Positions 51,590 through 62,611 of a stretch of DNA of 64,000 nt are shown piece by piece; the stretch's first letter is position 1, and each line of letters begins with the position of its first letter. Origin of the DNA: Cetorhinus maximus (taxonomy: Eukaryota). The DNA is taken from NCBI RefSeq assembly GCF_964194155.1, contig NC_135888.1:35712001-35776000 (forward strand). Direction: 5' to 3'. Made by a program: the position numbers and the translations under genes. The notes beneath the pieces are model-generated. The model saw only the letters and a list, made by a program, of their open reading frames with translations. It made no database searches and was not told the origin of the DNA.

Positions 51590-52000
51590 TACAGCAATTT
51601 GTATTTACATAGCACCTTTATAGTGGCAAAATGCTCCTCTAAAGTGTCTTGGGACATTGTCTGACAAAATTTAACACAGAGCCACATAAAGAGGTAATGG
51701 GAGAAGTAACTAATAGCTTGGTCAAAGAGATGCGCTTTAAGGTGCATTGTAAAGGAGAAGAGGGTGGCAGAGAGGTTTCGGAATGGGATTAGAATTTTGG
51801 GCCTCGGCATTGGAATGCATGGCTACCAAAAGTGGTGGATGGAAAGTTGGGGATACACATGAGACAGAACTAGAGAAGAACAAAATCTTGAATGGCCACA
51901 GGCTGGAAGCGGTAATGAAAGAAAGTTGATGTCATGGAGGGATTTGAATGCAATGGCGAGAATCTTAAACTTGAATGTTGCTGGACCAAAAGAGTAATGT
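51590..52000 (-). mobile_element. L2-type LINE 3' fragment (DeuSINE-like tail nearby at about 51350-51425)
   Basis: ttgtatttacatagcacctt...aatagcttggtcaaagag, homologous to 5540-6095. Confidence 0.65.
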
Positions 52001-53519
52001 GTAAAAAGGGTTTGTTGGTGGACGGATTTCCTATCCCAAAATTAGCAAGCTTCACATTGGGAGCTTTCTGAACAAGTAATGGCGTTGGAACTTGGAATTT
52101 ACATCCAATTACCTGGGTGCATTGTGCGCAGGTGCAAGGACAACTAGAGCCGTCCTCACCAGAGTGCAACCAATGGAAAATCCACCCAAACTAACAGAAA
52201 TCACTGAAAATAAGAGCCTGTAACATTGTTGCTTTTGGCCAATCAAAATGCCCCTGTTGGAAGAAGCGAGAAAAAGTAAGGCAATCCTTACTGCCGGATT
52301 GAAGAAAAACATCATTGCAAACAAATTGTGTCCTGAACCTGAAAGAAATTCAAACACTTTGATCAAAGCATTGCAGAAATCAAAATCTTCTTTTTTGTAT
52401 CTGCTGCCATTTTCTGAAGGCAAACAGCAGCATTCTGAAATAGTCATTCAGTATTAGTGGTGTGACCATGAAGGAGCATCAGTTGCAAGCAAAATCAACA
52501 AGAAGTTGGAACGTAGCTGGGCAGAATCTCTCTCATGGAAAATGGAGGGCAAAGCATGGGGGGTAGGCAAAGTTAATCAATTGATTTCAGCAATTAGTCA
52601 AATGGCTGTTCAGATTAACTAAACAACTGAACTATAGCACTATAAATCCTAATTAAGTATTTTGGATGTTGAGCCAAATATCGTTTCAGTGTATTGCTTT
52701 TTAGGTAGAGTTCACTTGCCTTGTCCTTTTGTCATTTTACTCTTGCAAATTGCACAGTTTGGATTTTATCAGTCAATATTTTTTGGAAAAGCAAATTGAA
52801 GTGCTTTCAAGGTGCTGCAGTTACTGTATTTGGCATGAAATCTGATCCCAATTCTACTACTGGCGTTCCCTGCATTACAGCAGTGACTTCCATATGTCTT
52901 TGCTGTATGAAGTACAAAGCACATGCGCACATGAAACAACACATACAATATATATCTAGTATGATACATATCCGGCATTCATCTCTTTTCCTCAATCTGC
53001 AAAGTTGTTTCTCTTTATTTGAATTCTTATCTTCTGGTTGAGTCTGTGTGCTCCAGTCCCTCTTGAGCAGGACAAGTTTACCTTCAAACAATAGTGTGTC
53101 AACCCTGCAAATTCCTTCTAGCAGCACACTGTTTTGCACATGGTTTTACACACTCCATAAGTGATGTAATTTAAATTAGCCTGTTACTTTAAATTTTAAT
53201 TAAAAAACCTTGTCACACTCGTTAACTTCTTTGGTGATGGCAATATTTCTTGCACCTAGGTATTATAGCCACCTTTAACTTTATCATCCACAGATGTCCT
53301 GCATCTCCATGTAAAGATTTCAGTAATGGTAGAAAAAAAACTTTCACACAGCTACATGGCAAAATTCCTTTATTGGCTGTGAAGCGCTTTGTGGAGTCCC
53401 GAGATTGTGAAAGATGCTACATAAATACATGTTCTTTATTTCTATAGGGAGAAGAATATATTTACTTATGACTTTACTGGGACACGCAATCCATGTTCAT
53501 TTCTACGCCATTAAGAGAA

Positions 53520-54611
53520 ATGTTAAATCCCACCTGGTTACACATACTGATCAGCCCACTATTTTAAAGCTATGCTTTATATTGAAAATGACTATTCATT
53601 TATTGGGCTGAAACCACTGGCTGAGTTTTAAAAGATTGAATAACAGCATTTCAATGACTTAAAACATCAGCTTTTAAGATGACCGAACATTCACATAACT
53701 GCACCTTGCCAATTCCAAAGCCATTAAAAGTGGAGTCAGCCTGTCTTGAAGAACCCGTCAAAGACAATCACCTTGGAGGACTGTGAATGACCACAACAAC
53801 TTCTGCCCCATTCATAAAACATCCAGACAATCATCTGTGTATTCAACTGGAATGGACCCCGGCTGAGAAAGGAACTCATTTAAACCACAGGCCTGAAATC
53901 AAGTTGCTATGACCGTGTTTGTGTAACTGGTCAGTTGGTGAGGGGATCATGTGGTAAGCCAACTACCCTCATGTGTTTTATAAAAATCTGTTTTTCTCCA
54001 GGCCAGTCAGAACACAAGAATCAGAATGCCAAGTGAATACTACCTCTCTCTCTCTTCATCCAGCCTGCAAGCTTGAGCCTTGCCTGTTGTTTGACATATC
54101 CACATGCAGCAGGCATTGTTTTAAGAATCAACCCAGCAGCTGCTGGCTTCAGAAAAGATATAAAGCATCCATCAATATCTTTAAATTGTCTTGATGCAGA
54201 ATCCAGAAGGACCAGTGAGCCCAGCCTGAAACTATCCAAGTCATCAACCTACACAATTCATATACCACTGACTTCTTTTGGGCTTTAAAAAACTACTTAA
54301 ATCTATCCTCCCATTTTGTAAACTACGTGTGTGTGTGCGCATGTGTGTACATAAGAACTCTCGAATGCCTATAAGTGTGTGTCGGAGCATTTTTAATATT
54401 TTTATTTAGATCAGGTGTTAAATACAATAAATACTATTCTATTTTAATTTTCAAGCACTTACAAGGAAACCTGTGTGTGTCTTTTACAGACACATCATGT
54501 CAACAGTTAAACACTCTCTAAATTGGCAAGCTTTTTAAAAAAAAACTATCAGTTAAACAAGGAGTGGGAAAAGAGAGGAACCATTCTATTCTTTCTCACC
54601 TGATCATAACA
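53520..54611 (+). mobile_element. Probable solo LTR (Gypsy-like); 5' boundary uncertain
   Basis: Ends ctcacctgatcataaca; TATAAA about 53979, AATAAA about 54426, (GT)n tract; no TSD found. Confidence 0.4.
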
Positions 54612-55409
54612 CTCTGATACAGGGAGGAATAACATAGTATCAGTATTTTGAAATGAAACTACAGCAGTTATAGGTGCATGTGTGTAGTCAATATACAAGG
54701 ACAATATCAGGCACTTCCATAATAGTGCACCTTTTTTAATGTTTATTCATTCCCAGGATGTGGGCGTCACTGGCTAGGGCATCATTTATTGTCCATCCCT
54801 AATTGCCCTGCTGAAGATTGTGGTGAGCCACCTTCTTGAACTGCTATTGTCCATCTGGTGTAGGTACACCCACAGTGCTGTTTTTTTTATTCGTTCATGG
54901 GATGTGGGTGCCACTGACTAGGCCAGCATTTATTGCCCATCCCTAGGAAGGGAGTTCCAGAGTTTTGACCCAGCAACAGTGAAGGAACAACAATATAGTT
55001 CCAAGTTAGGATGGTGTGTGGCTGGGTGGGGAACTTGAAGGTGGCGTTCCCATGCATCGGTTGCCCTTGTTCTTTTAGCTGGTAGAGGTCACAGATTTGG
55101 AAGGTGCGGTCAAAGGAGCCTTGGTGATTTGTAGTGCAGCTTGAGATGGTACAAATGCTGCCACTATGCGTCAGTGGTGGAGGGAGTGAATGCTTAAGGA
55201 GATGAATCGGGTGCCAATCAAGCAGATTACTTTATCCTGGATGTTGCCCAGTTTCTTGAGTGATGTTGGAGTTGCAGCTCATCCAAGCAAGTGAAGAGTA
55301 TGCCATCATATTCCTGACTTGTGCCTCGTAAATGGGCAGTCAGATGGTGAGTTACTCACTGCAGAATTCCCAGCCTCACCAGCTCTTGTAACCACAGCAT
55401 TTATATGGC

Positions 55410-55534
55410 GGAAGATGGGTCTGAGGAAGACCCTTCTGAAGAAGAGTCATACGGACTTGAAATGTTAACTCTGTTTATCTCTCTATAGATGCTGCTAGAC
55501 CTGCTGAATTTTTCCAGCCTTTTCTGTTTTTGTT
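55410..55534 (+). mobile_element. Short Penelope pLTR insertion with hammerhead motif and 11-bp TSD
   Basis: CTGAAGA-agagtcatacggactt-GAAA-tgttaact from 55436; TSD atttatatggc/atttatatgac. Confidence 0.8.
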
Positions 55535-55603
55535 ATTTATATGACTGGTTCAGTTCACTTTCTGGTCAATGGTACCCACCAGGATGTAGGTAGTGGGGTA
55601 TTC

Positions 55604-57706
55604 ACAGAATCACAGAATCACACAATGCAGAAGAGGCCCTTCGGCCCATCGAGTCTGCACCGACATTTGAGAAACACTTGACCTACGTACCTAATCCCAT
55701 TTACCAGCAGGTGGCCCATAGCCTTGAATGTTATGACGTGCCAAATGCTCATCCAGGTACTTTTTAAAGGATGTGAGGCTACCCACCTCCCACATAAAAC
55801 ACAAGAAGGTAGTTGGCTTACCACATGATCCCTCACCAACTGACCAGTTACACAAACACGGTCATAGCACATTCCAGACCATCACCGCCCTCTGGGTAAA
55901 AAAGTTTTTCCTCACATCCCCCTAAATCTCCTGCCCCTCACCTTGAACTTGTGTCCCCTCGTGACTGACTCTTCAACTAAGGGGAACAGCTGTTCCCTAT
56001 CCATGCCCTTCATAATCTTCATAACATCGATCAGGTCGCCCTTCAGTCTTCTCTGCTCCAACGAAAACAACCCAAGTCTATCCAACCTCTCTTCATAACT
56101 TAAATGTTTCATCCCAGGCAACATCCTGGGAATCTGCCCTGCACCCCTTCCAGTACAATCACATCCTTCCTATAATGTGGCGACCAGGACTACACACAGT
56201 ACTTCAGCTGTGGCCTCACCAAGGTTCTATACAACTCCAACATGACCTCCCTACATTTGTAATGTATGCCTCGATTGATAAAGGCAAGTGTTCCATATGC
56301 CTTTTTCACCACCCCACTAGCATGCCCCTCCGCCTTCAGAGATCTATGGACACACACGTCAAGGTCCCTTTGTTCCTCAGAACTTCCTAGTGTCATGCCA
56401 TTCATTGAATACTTCCTTGTCAAATTACTGTTACCAAAGTGTATCACCTCACACTTTTCAGGGTTAAATTCCATCCGCCACTTATCTGCCCATTTGACCA
56501 TCGTGGCTATATCTTCCTTTAGCCCAAGACACTTAACCTCACTGTTAATCTTTGTGTCATCCGCAAACTTACTAATCCTACCCCCAACATGTTGTTTATA
56601 TAAATGATGAATAATAGGGGACCGAGCACAGATCCTTATGGTATGCCACTGGTCACTGGCTTCCAGTCACTAAAGCTGCCTTCTATCATCACCCTTTGTA
56701 TCCTACAACTAAACCAATTTTGAATCCACCTTATCAAATTACTTTGTTTCCCATGTGCATTTGCCTTCTTTGTAAGTCTCCCATGTGGGACCTTGTCATA
56801 GGCTTTGCTGAAATCCATATAAACTACATCAACTGCACTACCCTCATCTACACACCTGGTCACCTCCTCAAAAAATTCAATCAAATTTGTTACGCATGAC
56901 CTCCCTCTGACAAAGCCATGCTGACTATCCCTGATCAAACCTTGCCTCTCCAAGTGGAGATAGATTCTCTCCTTCAGAACTTTCTCCAATAGTTTTCCTA
57001 CTACTGATATGAGACTCACTGGTCTGTAGTTCCCTGGCTTATCTCTACAACCCTTCTTAAATAATGGAACCGCATTAGCTGTTCTCCAATCCTCTGGCAC
57101 CTCCCCTGTGGCCAAAGAGGAATTAAAAATTTGGGTCAGAGCCCCTGCAATCTCCTCCTTTGCCTGCCTCAGCAGTCTGGGACACAAATCATCTGGACCT
57201 GGAGATCTGTCCATTTTTAAGCCTGTCAACACCTCCAATACCTTGTCACTCCCTATATGAATTTGCTCATTAACCTCGCAGTCTCTCTCCATGAGTTCCA
57301 TACCTTCATCCTCATTCTCTTGGGTGAAGACGGATGTGAAGTATTCGTACAACACTCTACCGATGTCCTCTGGCTCCACCCATAGATTGCCCCCTTGGTC
57401 CCTAATGGGCCTTACTCTTTCCCTGGTTATCCTCTTCCCATTGATATACTTATAGAATATCTTGGGATTTTCTCTACTTTTACCAGCCAGAGCTTTCTCA
57501 TATCTCCTCTTTGCTCTCCTAATTGCTTTCTTAAGCTCCACCCTGCACTTCCTGTACTCCACTAATGCCTCTGCTGATTTGCTCCCCTTGTACCTGCTAA
57601 AAGCCTCTCTTTTCCTTCTCATCGTATCCTGAATATCTCTGGTCATCCATGGTTCTCTGGGCTTGTTACTCCTTCCTTTCACCTGTTGAGCCTGTATCCT
57701 CCCCAT
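55604..57706 (-). mobile_element. 5'-truncated CR1 LINE with RT domain
   Basis: Tail (attctgtg)n; ORF 56636-57706 SPGPD, NYRPVSL, QHGFVRGRSC, YMDFSKAYDKVPH; FADD about 56560; DKWRMEFNPEKC; GLFSLEQRRL. Confidence 0.95.
55794..55869 (-). repeat. Inverted copy of 53905-53981 inserted in the CR1 3' region
   Basis: Reverse complement tgctatgaccgtgtttgtgtaactggtcagttggtgagggatcatgtggtaagccaactacc matches 53905 onward with one indel. Confidence 0.95.
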
Positions 57707-59484
57707 TTCCTTTTGGCATTTAGCAATGGTAATGACATTGAATCTAAAGGGAAATCATTAGATTCCATCTTTTTGGAGACGACCATTGCCTGATACTTGT
57801 GTAGCATGAATTTTACTTGCCACTTGTCAGCCCAAGCCTGAACGTTGGCTAGATCTTGCTGCATATAAACATATTCAACTATTCAACCACAGAATCTGAC
57901 ACTCATTGCTTGGGGCTGACATATTAATAATGGCCACTTAGTTAAGTGAACAGATAGTTGAGATGTCCATGGTATTATATCCTTGCAATGCTGCTTCTAA
58001 AAGAGGACAAGAGAAATTTGGTGTGCTGACATTCTGAAGCTGTATCTCTGAATGTTTTATAAAAGCCTATTGCTATCCAAATGACAGAAGATCCTATCTC
58101 AGCTAACAGGTTACATTCCCCAAATGTATATCTGCTTGACATACAGACTGTAGTTCACACCTTTCCATTTCTAAATCTCATATTGCCTCTGACATTCAGA
58201 TTTGGACTTTAAACTAGGTGCAACCATGTTGCTATAGAGCTGTGATTCATGCAGGATCAAAAATAATTGAGGATGAACATATAAATTTTGCGAGATGGCC
58301 ACCATCGCTGCATAAAGGATGGTCAACAATTTTCTAAAATTGAAGGTTGGATTTTCTTCAGTTAATCTGTTTCACCATTGGCAAAGGAAGGCAACCCAAA
58401 GGGAGCTCTTTGATGTTCAATATTTCTGTGCACCTTAAAAGCCATTACCTATTAACTAAGAAATAAGTATGCTGCTACTTTAACTCCCATTATTGTAAAT
58501 TACACCACCACTCCTGCAGATATCACCAACATCTTTTAATTTACAGCCATATTGCACATTAATTGTCTGCCTTTCCGTTCGCTCACTGAAAACGATTAAA
58601 GCGCGAACAGTTGTTCAGCCCATTAATTTTCTTTTGCTGAGATCAATACATTTAATTACAAAACAGCTTACTGTGTTTTGCTGGACATTTCAGGGGAAGA
58701 TTGATTTCAAGACTGTTTTCAACCTGTTGGCTTTTATTCACATTTGGAGGTGAACAGTGTTGTACAAGCACTGTTTTCCAAATCTATACCAGTCATGCTT
58801 CAAAAACATAACTTGCCTTCAAGTCAACCCTGAAATTAGTTACCATCCAATAGCTAAATACAGGTCAAGAGTACAAGCCGGCCCTACAGCTGCTGCTCAG
58901 TCGCTGGTGGATACATCATCAATTTGTTGGTGATGGCACGCCTTTGCTCTGACCTTTTGTAATGTTGCATTTCAGTTCCGTGCATCGATCACGAAAAGTC
59001 AGAATTTTCAGAAATCGAGTCAGAGTTCTGAAGAACAAAATATTTGAACTGTTTATTGATCTCAAAGTATTCTGTTTCTTGAGTTGGAAAGATCCTCGAA
59101 TAAATGAAAAATGATCTGAAACTGTATAGATCGGATGACATTGGGTGGTAAGACTTCATTATGAAACCCCTGAGGCCTCTTCAGAAAACTGGGAATTGAA
59201 AGTCAACGGCTATTAAAAATCCAGAGAACTGTGTAAAACTTTACTAACCCTTTCCTCTGCCTACTGACAGCATCGACTTCCTATTTACAGCTGCTTAGAT
59301 CAATGTATATCTATTGCCAACATCGATGTTTCCTTCATCAGGTGCTGGAAATGTTCAAGGATAGTGAACCGAATATTGCAGATGTTACGAATAAACGCTT
59401 CTCAAAAAATTTATTTCTGAAATGCAAACCTCAGCCTGCCGCAATTGGCTTTGCTTGCCCAGGTACATGTTTTCACTTATTTCA

Positions 59485-59580
59485 ATTTAATTTATTCATT
59501 CATTCACAGGATGTGAGCATCAAAGGTGAGGTTAGCATTTATTGCCCATCCCTTGTTTCCTTTGAGAAAGTGGCCACTTT
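59485..59580 (-). mobile_element. Short Zenon-like LINE/SINE 3' end
   Basis: tttattcattcattcacaggatgtgagc...agcatttattgcccatccct. Confidence 0.65.
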
Positions 59581-59713
59581 ATCACAATAAAGTCAGCCAC
59601 TTTATTGAGCTACAATCATTCAGTGAAGGTGCAAGTCATCACCATCTCAATTGCCATATAACTTAATCCAGACAATGGTGACAAAACAATAGTTATTTCG
59701 ATTTATACTTTTC

Positions 59714-62611
59714 TTGACAAGTGTGACATATAGAAGTCAGGTCTTACCGCAAGGGCCTTGCTCACATCGCGGACATCCAAGGAGTAGAAGATGCTGGAGC
59801 CTGACAACAACAGCACACTGGAGGAATGGCCATGGCATGCTGGGTGGATTCTCATGGACATGGCTCTGCTGCAAAGCAACTCACAGAAGATGGAAAGTCA
59901 CCGTTTAGGGTCTGCTCAAAACGGATGATGGTCGAGGTGATGGAGAGAAAGTTCTAGTTGTGTTTGGGAGAGGAAGATGTACTGGGGGTGGGAGAGGAAT
60001 GCCTAGGATCAACTGGGAGAGGAAGAAGTGTTGGGTGGGGTGAGGCTGAGAGGGGAGGGAGCAAAGGTGTCCAGGGGTGGGGAGGTGTGGGGAGAGGGAG
60101 GAGGGGGGAAGGAGGGGTAACGGGGGAGAAGACAGCAGCTGGGGAGGTAGGTTTAAGGGTGGGGGGGATGGAAGGTGTAAGGAAAGGAGGTTAGAGGAGG
60201 GGCAGGAGTGCAGAGAGTGGAGGGAGGCCAGGGGGAGAATGAATATGGAGAGGAAAGGGAGTCCAAGGGGTGGAAGGAGTGCGGAAAGGGGAGGGAGTAA
60301 GGGTGGAGTAAGAAGTAAGCATGGAAGGAGGATTCGGGAAAAGGAAAGGAGTAAGGCTGGAGGAAGGAGTAAGGCTGGAGGAAAGAGTCCGCTGGGGGGA
60401 AGGACTAAGTTGGGGGGGGAGGAAGACTAGGGGCGGCGTTGCAAGGTCTGGGGTAGGTGAAAGGGTCCAAGGTGGGGGGAGAATGGGTCTGGGGGAAGAG
60501 GGTTGGAGGTTGTCCAGGTGAACGTGCAAGGGAGGGCTCTGATGCTCTGACGAGTCCATGACTGCCTCCTAGGGAGCGAACCGAGGGTGGGTGTGGTGCG
60601 AGGGAATGGTGAGAATGGCCGAGGGCAGAGTGAGGCAGTAGGGTGGAAGGGTGAGGGTTCAACAGTAGCGGTAGAAGCAACTGCAAGGGCGGTTGGTGGA
60701 GAATTGGAGGCAGGCACGGACCCTGAGGTTGGGAAGGAGGAGGTTAAAGTGGATGGCGGTGGGATTTTTGGGAAAGAAGGGAATATGCACATTCACCTGG
60801 TCATCCTGAAAGAAAAGGATTGTGGCTGGTAGGTCATGGAGGGGAGTTGGAAGGTGATGCCAGAGGGGCTAATAGTGATGGGGAAAGGAAATGGGTGACT
60901 GGGGGAGGGGAAAGGATGGGGGAGCAAAGGAAAATCTGAATCACCATCATGCTGTCTAAATCGAAAGTGCCTGGGGGCCCCAAACTGGCTCATAGAGGAG
61001 AAGGAGCCCTTGGAGAGACGTTGAGATGTCCCCTTTCCCTCTTGCATTGCCACTGCAGGAACTCACCCATGGCTCCCACAATGGAGCTCAGGTCTGCACA
61101 CATCTCCAGGTTCTGCCGGAACTAGGGCCTTCATGGCGTCTACCTTCCTCTCCATAGAGACCTCCATACACACACATGTGGGCACCACTTCATAAGAGAG
61201 CAGGCAGATGCACTCCTCTGACTTTCGTGCTACTCTGTTGAGGGCTTCCAACAGCTCTGTGTGATGTTCCCACACCTTCTGCCGATTCTCCAGGATGAGT
61301 TGGAAGGCCAAATCCAGAGGTTCTTCATCTGACTCAAACATCACAGATGCCTCTTCCCCAGCAGTCCTCTGAGTGCCGGGGAGCTCAGCTGAACCTGCCT
61401 TGTCTTGCGTGTCCATGCACTGACCACCAGATTGTGAACCCGAGCCTGCTCTAGATCTAGGTCCCACCAAGGTGTGTGTCTCTGTGCTGGTGAAGAGGAT
61501 AGGTAAGTGCTGTGACAGATCTTCTAGGCTGTTTAGTTCCAAATCTTCAATGGAGGAAGTGTTCTCTTGGCTGGAGGCGAGGGCATCGATGGAGCTGAGG
61601 GAATGGCTGGCTGAGGGTGTCAGTCGCTTGGCAGAGCTCCTGTGAACCAAAACAAAAACAGGAGAGAGAGCACTCACAGCTGTGTTGAGAGAGAGATGGT
61701 GTGGAGCAGGATCCTCACGAGAGTGTTCGCTGCTGACCTCACTGTCACCAGTCAGCGTGATGGCATACTCCTCAAAGTGAGTGAGGGGCCTAATGTGGGC
61801 TACTCCAGCCCTGGTCTGGGACCTCTCCCTGCTGCTGTGAGCCAGCTTTTCCTGCATGAAAACAGATGGAGACAGTGTAAGCAAGATGCATGGCACTGCG
61901 TGGAAGGTTTGTGTGGTGAGCGGAGCCATGGATGGGATGAGGATGCGAACTCGAGGATATGAGCCTGATGGAGATGTGAGGGTGTGTGTGAGAGTTAGTG
62001 GTGTAGTCTCTTGAAGTTTGAGATTACTGTGGATGTGTGATGGGTTTGTGAGTGTGAGAGTTGAGAGTGGTGAGAAGAGTGAATTACCCTGGCAGAACAG
62101 ATGAGGCCATTCATCCTGTAGCGGCAGTGGGTGGCTGTCCTCTTTTGCAGGGCATTGGTGCTGACCACCGCCTCCCATGCTGGATTGGCGATGCCGCTGC
62201 CCCTGCCGCTGCCCCTCCTGCAGCCAGAACGGGGGTAGACAACATCACGGCAGGCCTCCACAGCATCCATAAGGCGTACCAGGGATGCGTCCCTGAAATG
62301 GGGCGACTGCAGTCTTTTTACCTCTCGGAGTCATCCTGTCTTCTGTGCAGCAGCCCTGGCTGGAAGCACTGAGAAGTGTGCGCGTGGCTACACAAAAGTT
62401 GTGCCTGGCAGGATGAAGCGGCGAGCTGATGCCGTGGTGGGTGAATGAGGGCCCACCCACCATAGAAATGATGTGCTTCCCGGGAATGCATAATTAATGC
62501 GGTGGGTTTGAGACAACACGGCGTGAGAAGCCGCCATTACGGCTGACAGGTAAAATGCCATTTTTCCCCGCCTGCTGCCACACTTAGTGCAAATCTGGGA
62601 TGATTCCCTCC
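59714..62611 (-). mobile_element. Second copy of the Myb-only Harbinger-type element (one end truncated)
   Basis: Terminus (reverse complement) ggagggaatcatcccagatttgcactaagtgtgg matches 48119 onward; MTPRGKK (ATG 62334), PAWEAVVS..RTATHCRYRMNGL, same intron positions; 59714-59950 matches 49610-49845. Confidence 0.85.
59960..60930 (+). repeat. G/purine-rich low-complexity tract inside the element
   Basis: Dense GGG/GGA runs and short repeats such as ggaaaggagtaaggctgga twice. Confidence 0.85.

Larger units (their letters stand above)
54739..57870 (-). mobile_element. Zenon-like LINE 3' fragment hosting nested insertions (own 3' tail 54883-54944, Penelope 55410-55534, CR1 55604-57706)
   Basis: Colinear with 27218-28050 once the inserts are removed; resumes at about 57716 (atttagcaatggtaatg). 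Confidence 0.85.

Noticed and set aside
56636-57706. Active reverse transcriptase
   Set aside because: 5'-truncated CR1; the frame breaks before the FADD motif.
59958-60832. Gly/Arg-rich and Pro-rich ORFs
   Set aside because: Low-complexity composition suppresses stop codons; no independent coding evidence.
61061-61066. GTGAGT splice donor implying a fourth Myb exon
   Set aside because: The sequence reads on as coding-like AMGEFLQWQC, similar in position to the uninterrupted last exon of the other copies.
61063-62178. 371-aa ORF as an intact protein
   Set aside because: It reads through two introns of a decayed Myb gene whose first exon is in another frame.
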